A program made the translations under genes and the position numbers. This document shows positions 5,884 through 15,135 of a stretch of DNA of 30,814 nucleotides, in pieces. Within the stretch, counting starts at the first letter, position 1. Each line of letters starts with the position of its first letter. The notes under the pieces are model-generated. The model worked only from the letters and a program-made list of their open reading frames with translations, was not told the origin of the DNA and searched no databases. This DNA comes from a virus (taxonomy: Duplodnaviria; Caudoviricetes): positions 1 to 30,814 of the IMG/VR virus record IMGVR_UViG_3300025356_000006; one strand, written 5' to 3'.

Positions 5884-8696
5884 CTTGTACCCATAGAATT
5901 GAAAGGTTGAGTAATGTAACCCAGTCCTCTGCCGGTTTCTGCGGTTAAAACATTGTTCAAAGCACGTTTCCAAAAACCAAGGGTGTTTTTGCCTTCAACT
6001 GTGCGCTCCAAAGAGTTCATAAAAACATTTGTTTCTGCTAATTGCTTAGGAGTAAGCAAGCCCGTAGTTTCCATAGCTGGACGTATTTGAAGGTTCCAAG
6101 CGCGTACCAAATTGGCAGGAGAAGTATCTGCTGTTTGTGCAATGGTGTTTTTAAGCGCGGCGTAAAGATTTTGTTTGGCAACTGGGTCAGCGGCAATAAT
6201 GGGACCAACCTCATTCCAAAGGGTTCTATCACCCGACAAAATGACTTGCTGAACGCGGTTAACGTCAAAGGCTTTGCCAAGAATTTGATTTTTAATTTGT
6301 TCACCCTGAGCGCTGAGTTTTCCGGCTTCTTGCCTAATGGGTCTAGCTTCTTTCTCGGCTTCAGTGATACCCGCTTTACCCTCAGCTTGAGCCTGAGCAA
6401 GCATATCTGCCTTTTGCTTGGCAACCGCTTTAGCCGACGCATCTGCTTGTTTTTGAGCCTCAGTCATCACTTGACCAGCCGGAGCTTGCGCCGCTTCCTC
6501 AATGCCTGTTGCCGTCTTGTATTGTTCAGACAAAAATCTTTGCTCTTGCTCGGCGGCTTTTCTACGGATTTCCTCTGCCGCTTTTTGTGCATCAGTGGTA
6601 ATTTCACCCGCTTTTTTCTCAGCGCCGGGCACCAAAGGAAAGGCTTTTGTTCTTAGCAAATCAGACAAGCTAGAGCGTTTAGCGCCGGTTCTCTCCGCTT
6701 GCGCCATAGTGGTTTGAGCATTAAGAAGGTCTTGCTGTAATTTAGGAAACTGCGGTAGCCAATCTCTCCAGTCGTTGATTTTCTTGGCAACAGTCTCAGC
6801 GTTAGCTGTGCGTAATTCATCCGCAATAAAACTACGAGCAAAAGGTTCCGCTTTGGTTGCGTCTTTGCCAAGCAAGTCAATAAAATCTTTTACACCTTGC
6901 TCAGATGAAAATACTTTTTTACCAACTGACGCGGCGTCTGCTGAATAACGTGAAAAATCAAAGTCTTCTTTGCCAAGCAGTGCGTCACCAATCTTAGACT
7001 GAGCAACACGCAAAGGCTCTGAATCTGCTTTGTACCGGTCTAAATAAGTTCTAATACTGGGCGAAAACTCTTGCATAATTTTTTCAACGCCCTCAGCCAA
7101 TTTACCAGCTTGTATCTTGTCAATAGCGTCGTAACCCTGAACATCCAAGCCCATGGCTCTATCTCTCAAGAATCTACGCAAATTTTCCAATCCTTGAAAA
7201 CTAACGGGTTTGCCAACAATAACGCCATCAATTTCTGTTCTTGGGTCCAAAGCTCTTTTAACTTGAAGTAACTGTGTCTTCATTTCAGGCACGGATACAT
7301 TGGTTAATTTAGTTGTTGGGTTTTCAATGACGTTATCAATTTGCGTCATCAAAGACTTGAAAGCATTGGTATCGCTAACTCTGTCTCCTGTTTGTCCTCT
7401 TTGTTCTTTAATCAAAGCAAAGTTAAACGCATCTGCTTTAGTTGCCTCAGCATTGAGTTCTCTCTTTAGTTTCAAATCAGAAATAACCGGCTCAATAGCC
7501 TCTCTGGCTTTAGCAATTAATTCACTAGGACGCAAGGCTTCGCCTACACTGGCAAGAGCTTGTTTGCCACGCTCTAGGGCACCAGCGCCACTTGTACGAG
7601 CTTTTTCAGCCACCGTTCTAAGTCTATTGACTTGATTCTGTGCGTCCGCAATAACTCTCTGTGCTTCAGCTTGACCTTTTTTTAGAGCCTCTCTTGCATC
7701 AATCTCTTGAATTTGACGCACAGATGGACTTTCTTTTGCGGCGTAAGAACGAATTTGTTCTGCTTGTTTTTGTGCGTTGCTCAGTATTGCTTGAGAACGC
7801 TGTTGAGCAGTATCTATTAGTTGTTTAGCAGAGTTTTCAAATTGACTGGACAAACGGTCTACTTTAGATTGTGCCGCCGCGGTTTTTGCTCCGGCGGATG
7901 TTTTTGCCGCGTCAACAAGGTCTTGAGCTTGTCTTTCTAATTGAGAGGCTTGTGTGTTGTACTTGTCAACAATTTTTTCAGCGCCTTGTTCAAGTGAACT
8001 ATATATTGATTTTTCAGGCGTTTCTTTTGGTGTGCCACCTAAATATTTTTGAGTTTGTTCTTTAATATATTGACGTTGAGTAGGAGATAATTCTTTTTCA
8101 GGTACACCAATATCTTTAATCAACGCTTTGGTTAACTCTGTAACGTCTCTTGCCGCGCCACCCGAAAACTTAACAAGTCCTGTTTTAATTAGATTACCAA
8201 ACTCAGGCGTAATTGCTCCACCAGCAACTCTTAAAACTTCTTCAGTAACGGGAGATACTTTTGCTGATTTTGCTATTTGACCAACAGTTTCTTCGCCAAG
8301 ACCACTAAGCATACCCATGCCTACATTAGCAACTGGACCCGCGGCTCTCATCATGCCGCCCATTTCCATCATCCCTATACCAAGGGGCGCAGTAGCTGGA
8401 AAACCACTTAATGCGGCTCCGGCTCCCATAAAAGCATAAGGCATGATTGGACCAGCAATACCGCCTCCAACAACAGATTCTCCTATTGCGCGAATAGCTT
8501 CTCTAGTCTCGGGCTTAGAAGGAGTAGCTCTTTGTTTAGGATAGACAAGCGCGGCGCCACCACCCGTTTCTGCTATTGGTTTAGCGCTTGATAAATCAAA
8601 TCCTCCTGTTGAAGAATCGGTTTTTTTAGGCGCAGTAGGGGCGCTAGTCTGACTATCTTGACCAGCGGGTTGTGCAGTCGCTAAGTCAAAAGCCAT
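5880..8696 (-). CDS. Large internal virion (ejection/DNA-delivery) protein
   Basis: 938 aa, A/Q/K/E-rich coiled coils plus a Gly-rich hydrophobic segment near the N-terminus. It is the last of four large ORFs after the tail genes, as in podoviruses. Positional inference. Confidence 0.6.
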   Translation of the reverse strand: MAFDLATAQPAGQDSQTSAPTAPKKTDSSTGGFDLSSAKPIAETGGGAALVYPKQRATPSKPETREAIRAIGESVVGGGIAGPIMPYAFMGAGAALSGFPATAPLGIGMMEMGGMMRAAGPVANVGMGMLSGLGEETVGQIAKSAKVSPVTEEVLRVAGGAITPEFGNLIKTGLVKFSGGAARDVTELTKALIKDIGVPEKELSPTQRQYIKEQTQKYLGGTPKETPEKSIYSSLEQGAEKIVDKYNTQASQLERQAQDLVDAAKTSAGAKTAAAQSKVDRLSSQFENSAKQLIDTAQQRSQAILSNAQKQAEQIRSYAAKESPSVRQIQEIDAREALKKGQAEAQRVIADAQNQVNRLRTVAEKARTSGAGALERGKQALASVGEALRPSELIAKAREAIEPVISDLKLKRELNAEATKADAFNFALIKEQRGQTGDRVSDTNAFKSLMTQIDNVIENPTTKLTNVSVPEMKTQLLQVKRALDPRTEIDGVIVGKPVSFQGLENLRRFLRDRAMGLDVQGYDAIDKIQAGKLAEGVEKIMQEFSPSIRTYLDRYKADSEPLRVAQSKIGDALLGKEDFDFSRYSADAASVGKKVFSSEQGVKDFIDLLGKDATKAEPFARSFIADELRTANAETVAKKINDWRDWLPQFPKLQQDLLNAQTTMAQAERTGAKRSSLSDLLRTKAFPLVPGAEKKAGEITTDAQKAAEEIRRKAAEQEQRFLSEQYKTATGIEEAAQAPAGQVMTEAQKQADASAKAVAKQKADMLAQAQAEGKAGITEAEKEARPIRQEAGKLSAQGEQIKNQILGKAFDVNRVQQVILSGDRTLWNEVGPIIAADPVAKQNLYAALKNTIAQTADTSPANLVRAWNLQIRPAMETTGLLTPKQLAETNVFMNSLERTVEGKNTLGFWKRALNNVLTAETGRGLGYITQPFNSMGTR

Positions 8697-10366
8697 TATT
8701 GAATCTCCTCAATTTCATTGTTTGGACCTACATACGCATAAGTACCGTTTTTGTCGCGTTTTAATACATATCCTCTTGCATTTATTGTTGGGTATCCTGT
8801 TGCTGGGTCTATTGGAGATTGAGTTTCTGCACCACCATTGGTTTTTTGTTGCTCTACAAAAGTATTAAATTGATCTAATCCATTACTTCTAGCTAACATA
8901 TTTTGCATTTTTTCATTAACCAAAGTATTGCCATCAGGTCCAGTCAAAATGCGGTTAATGTCTTTTACGTCCCAAGAAACCACTTTGTTAATTTTGTCGA
9001 TTGCTCTTTGAGCCGCATCAATTTGCTCTTTAGTTCCGCCGCTAACTTCAAGCGTTGTTTTAGCAATAGCCGCTTCTTGTTTAGCCAAAGCCAAGAACAT
9101 ATAGTAATTAATCTTTTGGTCGCCGCCAACTGGCGCCATTTTGCCAAGTTCATTGACACTGGCTTGTGTCACACCGCCGGGACGTCCCGCAGATTCAATA
9201 TTAGCAATTTCCCTAATAGTTGGAGCCAACTCTTGTTGCAACGCTCTGTTTTGAGGTTCAGTCAATGTAGTTGCAAAATACTTAATCATTGCCGTAGGAA
9301 CAGTTCTTTCTGATGTAAGAACATCGCCTACTCTTGGCACTTCTGAAGTTGAGGCGGCACTACCTAAGTTTTCTAAGTGAATACCAAGTTTATCTGCCGC
9401 CGTAGCAACTGCTCCGTTGTATCTAAACTGAATGACGCCACCAGCTCCCCCTCTGGCTGTTTGCGCTTTAATTTCAGCAAGTTCTTTTTGTTGTTTCATT
9501 TGCTCCTGATGACGACGTTCCGCCGCGGCTTCAGTTTGAGCATGAAGTTCTTTTTGTTGCAACATGGTTTCGGTCTTTTGCAAGTCGCCTTTAATACCTT
9601 CCATGTAGTTGTAAAACTTCTCTACGCCTTGTTTTTGAAGAATTTGTTTGCCAACTTGACCACCCATCTTAGCCGCCGCTTGGTTAGCGTAGGCTTCCGC
9701 TTCCTCTCTATTGTAGGCAAGCGTTTTCATTGCTCTATCAGCGTCTTTATAAGCATCATCCAAGACTTGTTTAACACGAGCCATGTTTTTGTCGTAAGTT
9801 TCTTTTTCTTTTACCCAAACGTCTTGTCTGCCTTTTTGCCAACCTTGCATCATTCCAGCCATGTTGTTTAAAGCGCCAGTGGTTGCTATTTTTCCATTAC
9901 CGCCCATGGCAACACCAAGAACACCGACAAGACTAAAAAGAGTAGCCAAATCTTGTACGTTATCTTGGGTAGGATGAAACTCTGGATAAGGAAAGTTTTT
10001 GCGTGTTTCTTGAATACTTTGCTCAATTTTTTGAGCAGACTCCCTGTTTTGACGCGCAATGTCGGCTTTGGCTTGCGCTAAAAATTGTTCTTGCGCTTGT
10101 TTGTTTTCGCCAATTTGTTGTTCTAAACCAGTTTGTTGTTGAAGTAAACCAAATTGTTGTTGACGAACTCTGCCTTCTTGACCGGCTACGTCCTTTGATG
10201 TTTTGCCGCCAAAATATTGTTCTACGTTATCAGGAATACCGGGAATGCCTCCTAAATTAGTTCCAAGCGCATTACCGAGCGCAGGAGCCGGAGGCGCAGT
10301 AGGTGTTTCTGGCAAGGTATAAGCCGGAGCCAATGGCGGTTGTGGGTTGGTTGTTCCTATTGTCAT
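8696..10366 (-). CDS. Internal virion (ejection) protein
   Basis: 556 aa, Q-rich coiled coils and one hydrophobic segment (LATLFSLVGVLGVAMGG). Coupled to neighbours. Confidence 0.6.
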   Translation of the reverse strand: MTIGTTNPQPPLAPAYTLPETPTAPPAPALGNALGTNLGGIPGIPDNVEQYFGGKTSKDVAGQEGRVRQQQFGLLQQQTGLEQQIGENKQAQEQFLAQAKADIARQNRESAQKIEQSIQETRKNFPYPEFHPTQDNVQDLATLFSLVGVLGVAMGGNGKIATTGALNNMAGMMQGWQKGRQDVWVKEKETYDKNMARVKQVLDDAYKDADRAMKTLAYNREEAEAYANQAAAKMGGQVGKQILQKQGVEKFYNYMEGIKGDLQKTETMLQQKELHAQTEAAAERRHQEQMKQQKELAEIKAQTARGGAGGVIQFRYNGAVATAADKLGIHLENLGSAASTSEVPRVGDVLTSERTVPTAMIKYFATTLTEPQNRALQQELAPTIREIANIESAGRPGGVTQASVNELGKMAPVGGDQKINYYMFLALAKQEAAIAKTTLEVSGGTKEQIDAAQRAIDKINKVVSWDVKDINRILTGPDGNTLVNEKMQNMLARSNGLDQFNTFVEQQKTNGGAETQSPIDPATGYPTINARGYVLKRDKNGTYAYVGPNNEIEEIQ

Positions 10367-11442
10367 ATTGTTCCTCCTCTGCCAGTAGTGATTCCGCCAA
10401 CGCTAGTAGGAACACCCGCCGCAATTCCAGCAAGCTGTGTATAGAAGTTAGTGCTTGCTTGGTTAAGCGCTTGGTCAAGTTGCATACCTTGTTGAATAGC
10501 GCCAAGAGCAATGTTGTCACCAATTTGAGAAACTTGCAGACCGTAGTTGTACTGATTAGTAAGTAAAGTTTGACGCAAATTTTCTAATGTAGCCGCGGCT
10601 TGAGCGCCTCCTACACCGCCTGTATTAGCCACTTGTTGAGCCAATTGAGCTTGAGCGGCTTGGTAAGACTGCATAGACTGAGGAGTTAATTCTCCTGCCG
10701 CGGCGGCTCTTTGAAGTTGAGCGCCAGTTTGTTGATAAGGTTGAGCAATGGTTTGTTGTTGAGCAATACCAGCATCTGTTGATTTAGCGGCTTGTTTTTG
10801 TTTATAAGCACCAAGAAGACCCAATCCCCCCGCTAAACCAAGCCTAGCAAGGGTTTGATTGCTGAGTCCAAGCGTTGTATCAGATGGCTGTGTAGGCGCT
10901 TGCGTACCCGCTCCGGGTAATTGATACTGTGATTGATCGCCTAATTGAGCCGTGGGAGGAGTTGTTAAACTGGGCGGAGTAATGCCGTAATTCGCCCCTC
11001 CTGTGAGTGAATAAGGGCTAAAGACCGGCGATGTTGAGGAAAACGCTGGTTGCGTTGCTCCTCCCATTGAATAATCTACTGATGGCGTAAAAGATGGCGC
11101 TTGGGCGGTTGTATCTATTGCTGTTGGAGTTGCGTTAATAGATGGTAATTCAGTAGGCGTAACCGTGGGTTGTGGCGCAACTGGAGAGGTTTCTGCTGGA
11201 GGTCCTGCGGGCGCTTCTCCACCAAGCCCAACGCCTTCATCGTCAAACTCTAACAATCCTGTATGAGGATTAATGGTGCCTGAGCCACCGCGTTTTTTAA
11301 GAAACTCAGCTTCTTTGGGCGTAATGTGGGCAAGCAAAGTATCTTTACCCCGACCTTTTGATTTTAAAATCTGAGCAAGACCCTTTAGGTCTATGTCAGC
11401 CATGGTTTCGGTCCTAAGAAGTTTTGCTATTTGTTTTGCCAT
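10363..11442 (-). CDS. Internal virion protein (pilot/ejection-like)
   Basis: N-terminal GRGKDTLLAHITPKEA..LK..GGSGTINP.TGLLEF motif recognised from phage internal proteins, a P/T/S-rich linker and a Q/A-rich C-terminal part. Confidence 0.6.
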   Translation of the reverse strand: MAKQIAKLLRTETMADIDLKGLAQILKSKGRGKDTLLAHITPKEAEFLKKRGGSGTINPHTGLLEFDDEGVGLGGEAPAGPPAETSPVAPQPTVTPTELPSINATPTAIDTTAQAPSFTPSVDYSMGGATQPAFSSTSPVFSPYSLTGGANYGITPPSLTTPPTAQLGDQSQYQLPGAGTQAPTQPSDTTLGLSNQTLARLGLAGGLGLLGAYKQKQAAKSTDAGIAQQQTIAQPYQQTGAQLQRAAAAGELTPQSMQSYQAAQAQLAQQVANTGGVGGAQAAATLENLRQTLLTNQYNYGLQVSQIGDNIALGAIQQGMQLDQALNQASTNFYTQLAGIAAGVPTSVGGITTGRGGTI

Positions 11443-12177
11443 TTATGCCCCCTGATTTGGGTTTCTGAGTGATTCTTTGTTCCAAACCTTTTTGCTTTTA
11501 CCAAGGTTACTTGAACCAAAAATAGGCGCTCCAATATCGCCAACATTTAATGCTTGAGCAAGAGCTGAAGAACCGGGGGTTGTTCCGGCTTGGGGTGTTG
11601 CAGTTGTGAGTGTTGAGCTAGAAGTTGTTGGTCCTGCCGAAACCGAAGCCGAACCAGTTCCTGTTGACGGCAAAATGTATTTATCTAATGCGGTGGTAAT
11701 TCCTGCTTTTTCAAGACCAGAAATTAATTGATCTGTTGTAGAAGCCCCCGGACCCGGCGAGCCTACCAAATAATCAACTCCACCACTAATCAATCCTTCT
11801 TCAATTGCAGTTTGAGGTTTTGTACCTGTTGCAAAAGCGCCTCCAGCAGTTCCTAATCCTTTGCCAACTGCCTGAGAAGTGGGCGCATCTGAAATAATGC
11901 CGCTATCTTGAAAGCCGCTTGATATAGCGCCTGAAACAGCTCCTGCTTCGCCTCCTTTTGTAGCTCCTTTAACAACATCCTGCCCAGTAGCCGCCGCTTG
12001 CGCCGCTCCAAGACCAGCCCCTATAACGGCTTGACCCGCCGCGGTTGCCGCAACAGTCCCTGCTTCCGAACCAAGTAAAGCAGAACCTATCTCTGGAGCA
12101 AGCTCTGGTTGAAAAACAGAAATAACAATTCCAGCAATAGGCGCCGCATAAGTAGATATATCAGACCAAAAACTCAT
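11443..12177 (-). CDS. Gly/Ala-rich internal virion protein
   Basis: Glycine-zipper-like hydrophobic segments typical of membrane-penetrating ejection proteins. ATGA coupling. Confidence 0.55.
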   Translation of the reverse strand: MSFWSDISTYAAPIAGIVISVFQPELAPEIGSALLGSEAGTVAATAAGQAVIGAGLGAAQAAATGQDVVKGATKGGEAGAVSGAISSGFQDSGIISDAPTSQAVGKGLGTAGGAFATGTKPQTAIEEGLISGGVDYLVGSPGPGASTTDQLISGLEKAGITTALDKYILPSTGTGSASVSAGPTTSSSTLTTATPQAGTTPGSSALAQALNVGDIGAPIFGSSNLGKSKKVWNKESLRNPNQGA

Positions 12178-12539
12178 TGCATTACTCCTGTTTGACCCGT
12201 TTTAGACATATCTTTAACCACTTTACCAATCATTGCAAAGTAAGCAAGCATCTGATAATCAATTCCGGGCTTCATTTCTGCCTCATCAACCACTTTATTT
12301 TGCAAAACAGCTTGTTTAAACACCGGATATAAAGCCTTGTCTTTTATTGTTGCTCTAGCAAATTCACCCAAATCTACTAACAATTGAGGACTTACACTGT
12401 GTTTTTTCAACAATTCTAATACTTTTTGCCTCAGACCCTCTAATTTTTTTTGGGGGGAAGAATCATTTTCTTTAGGCGGCTCAAAAGGTTTTAATGCCTG
12501 AGGAGAAGTTTTTGGAAGGGTTTCTGGTGTGGTTGCCAT
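12174..12539 (-). CDS. Hypothetical protein
   Basis: 121-aa ORF packed in the operon. Confidence 0.7.
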   Translation of the reverse strand: MATTPETLPKTSPQALKPFEPPKENDSSPQKKLEGLRQKVLELLKKHSVSPQLLVDLGEFARATIKDKALYPVFKQAVLQNKVVDEAEMKPGIDYQMLAYFAMIGKVVKDMSKTGQTGVMQ

Positions 12540-12540
12540 A

Positions 12541-12882
12541 TTAATACAATCCTAGTGCAGAAGCAATCTGTTCATGAATATACAAATGACTTGCTATCCA
12601 ATCATAAAAATCTGATTCATTATTGAAATCAACATCAAGCATATTAAAGGGATTATTAAGGTCTAAAAGAGACGCAAAAGCCTGATGTTCTACTTGATGA
12701 GCAAGCAACCAATCATCTAAGTTGTCTGTATTGGCATCCGTAATAGGAAAGACCGGCACAGAAATACCTAAATCCATAAAAGTGTTTTGAAAGAGTTTGT
12801 GTTGAGTTCCATTCTCAAACAAAAACTCTCCCAGTGATTCAACATCACCGTATTTCACAATGGATAAAGTATCAAAATTCAT
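12541..12882 (-). CDS. Acidic hypothetical protein with His motifs
   Basis: W..AH..EH and W..SH..IH repeats suggest possible metal binding. GGAG-containing upstream region. Confidence 0.7.
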   Translation of the reverse strand: MNFDTLSIVKYGDVESLGEFLFENGTQHKLFQNTFMDLGISVPVFPITDANTDNLDDWLLAHQVEHQAFASLLDLNNPFNMLDVDFNNESDFYDWIASHLYIHEQIASALGLY

Positions 12883-13212
12883 TTATAGACCATCTCCCGG
12901 CGTAATGTAAACAGTTGCACTTCCGCTTGCTGTAATACCAGCAAAATACCAATTAGGTGCAAACGTAAGTATTTCATCTGTACCCGATAATAAAGGATAG
13001 GCAGACGCATTGCTTGTAATTACAACAGCATTGTTAGCCGCGTTTGAGGCTGTGTTGCCTATACCTAAAAATACAGTTACGTTTCCAGAATTAATTATTC
13101 TGTATTGATTTCCACCAATTGTTGTAGACGGAACTTGAACACCAGTAGGCGTAGCTGTATTAGCAGTAAAAGTTACTGTATTTCCCATTGGGGTAAAAGC
13201 ATTTGTACTCAT
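12883..13212 (-). CDS. Small beta-rich virion/tail protein
   Basis: T/N/S/G-rich, ending VYITPGDGL, in the tail gene region. Confidence 0.6.
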   Translation of the reverse strand: MSTNAFTPMGNTVTFTANTATPTGVQVPSTTIGGNQYRIINSGNVTVFLGIGNTASNAANNAVVITSNASAYPLLSGTDEILTFAPNWYFAGITASGSATVYITPGDGL

Positions 13213-13283
13213 TTTTTTAATTTTCCATTATTATCAAAAAATTGCCACCCAGCTCCGCCAAGTGGTGAAAGGTTAAGTGACAT
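13209..13283 (-). pseudogene. 24-codon remnant of a tail-protein N-terminus
   Basis: Strong RBS TAAGGA, then MSLNLSPLGGAGWQFFDNNGKLKK*. This resembles the LSP.GGAG.QFFDNNG head-binding-type start of phage tail proteins, but it stops at once in an ATGA overlap. Confidence 0.7.
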
Positions 13284-13302
13284 TTTTTTATATCCTTAAA
13301 AA

Positions 13303-15126
13303 TTAAGATGAAATTGCACCATAAGTCTTCCAAACAGCAGTACCAGCAAATCCTGCTGTTACACAAACCCATCCTACATATCCTCCTGCTGATGGAGCTG
13401 AATTTATTACTATATCCCCAGGCAAATAATAACCTGATGATGGTGTTGAAGTGCTAGTAAATTGTCTTCCACCACCATATACAGTTAAATCATGCTGAGT
13501 GTCTGATTGGTAATTAAATAATATGGTTGAATTATGATGGTTAGTAAACTGGAATGCTTGTGTTTTATAAGTATTATTTAATACAACACAAGAAGTTGCA
13601 CCAGTATCAACATAAACATAACAATTTGGTTCAGGAGTAGTTAAAGCAGTATTTTGAGGATATTGAGTTACATCATCATTAGAACGAACTCCAGTCCTTC
13701 TCAAAACTTTAATTGAACTTTGTAAAGGCAATATTGACATATTTGGATAAAGTGTTAATGTCCAATATGGATCAGCATTTATTTGTGAAGCCAATGCTGA
13801 CCATGTCATTCCTGCCGCAGCAATAGTGTATGAAAGAACACCACTTGAATAAAGTCTAATTGTGCTTGAATCATCAACAGAATAAGTTGCTGCACTTCCA
13901 GCAGTATTAGTTAACAATCCACCTACTTGTCCATCTATAAAAGTATTTCCAACAACACTTGAATTTGCAGAATTTATGTAAACACCATAATAAGAACCAT
14001 ATGGGTCTTGTTGATTTACATCAACTAAAGTATTTTGAATTACATTTATCCCTAAACAAGTGCTATCAATATAAACACCATTTTTGTATGCAAAGTTAAC
14101 TGTATTACCAACTATTTGAGAGTTGATAGTTTTAAACATATAAATGGCATCTTCACAAACACTAATTTGGTTGTTAGATATGTTTATATTACTTATTGTG
14201 CTACTTGAATCTAAACCAACATATATACCTCTTTCTGGCACATTGTAAATTTGATTGTTTTTTATAGATACATCAAAAATATTATCATCACTAACAATAA
14301 TTCCATTTTTTATGCCATAACCAGTAGCAACTCCAACTGGATTGCCAATCACATTATCTGCTACTAAAACATTATTTGAATAAGCTACATAAACACCACT
14401 AATATAATTAGCATTTGTAGCATTTGTATCATTGTAAATTGTGTTACCAATAACATTTATATTTTGAGCATAAGTTATTGTTGTATCAACATAGCCTACT
14501 GCAATACCAGCAGTCCCTTGATTGTTAATACATACATTATTTGAAATTACAGCATCTGTGGAATAACTAAAATATATTCCATTATCACCCCCATTATAAA
14601 AAGCATTTTCATCAACTATTACATCTTTGCAATGATACATCCATAACATACCAGATGTAGCAGTATTAAAAGTACAATTTGTAATTTTAATATTTGAATA
14701 AATACCAGTACCTTGACCTTGAACTTTAAAAGCAGTATATCCGTTTTTAAATGTCAATCCATTAACATTTAAATTACTTGCATTTGCATTATTAGAACTT
14801 TGAATTGTAAAAGCATCATATCCTGATGTTGTAGTACCTGTGTAATTTAAAGTAGCATCTTCACCAAATATAAAAACACCAGAAGCTGAACTAGATACAG
14901 TTAAAGTTAATTGAGTTGAATATTTATAAAGACCTTGTGGAAAAAATAATGCTCCACCTGATGCTAATGTATTCAAAGCATTTTGTAATGCAGTAGATGA
15001 ATCATTTGTTCCAGTTGGGTCAGCACCAAAATCGAGAACAGAAACAGATTCTGCAAACTTTTGATTGATAGGTCTGTTTACTGCACCAGTAGAACCTTGG
15101 TCATATTTTGGAACTAATGTTGTCAT
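13303..15126 (-). CDS. Tailspike / pectin-lyase-like right-handed beta-helix protein (putative depolymerase)
   Basis: SVLDFGADPTG..DSSTALQNA...LFFPQG.Y motif followed by many I.NN.I / GIY parallel beta-helix repeats. C-terminal GDIV.NSAP.AGGYVGWVC motif. Confidence 0.85.
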   Translation of the reverse strand: MTTLVPKYDQGSTGAVNRPINQKFAESVSVLDFGADPTGTNDSSTALQNALNTLASGGALFFPQGLYKYSTQLTLTVSSSASGVFIFGEDATLNYTGTTTSGYDAFTIQSSNNANASNLNVNGLTFKNGYTAFKVQGQGTGIYSNIKITNCTFNTATSGMLWMYHCKDVIVDENAFYNGGDNGIYFSYSTDAVISNNVCINNQGTAGIAVGYVDTTITYAQNINVIGNTIYNDTNATNANYISGVYVAYSNNVLVADNVIGNPVGVATGYGIKNGIIVSDDNIFDVSIKNNQIYNVPERGIYVGLDSSSTISNINISNNQISVCEDAIYMFKTINSQIVGNTVNFAYKNGVYIDSTCLGINVIQNTLVDVNQQDPYGSYYGVYINSANSSVVGNTFIDGQVGGLLTNTAGSAATYSVDDSSTIRLYSSGVLSYTIAAAGMTWSALASQINADPYWTLTLYPNMSILPLQSSIKVLRRTGVRSNDDVTQYPQNTALTTPEPNCYVYVDTGATSCVVLNNTYKTQAFQFTNHHNSTILFNYQSDTQHDLTVYGGGRQFTSTSTPSSGYYLPGDIVINSAPSAGGYVGWVCVTAGFAGTAVWKTYGAISS

Positions 15127-15135
15127 TTTTTATCC

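Noticed and set aside
12444-12457. C6A8 run on the minus strand as a slippage site
   Set aside because: No stimulatory element or meaningful alternative-frame product was seen.
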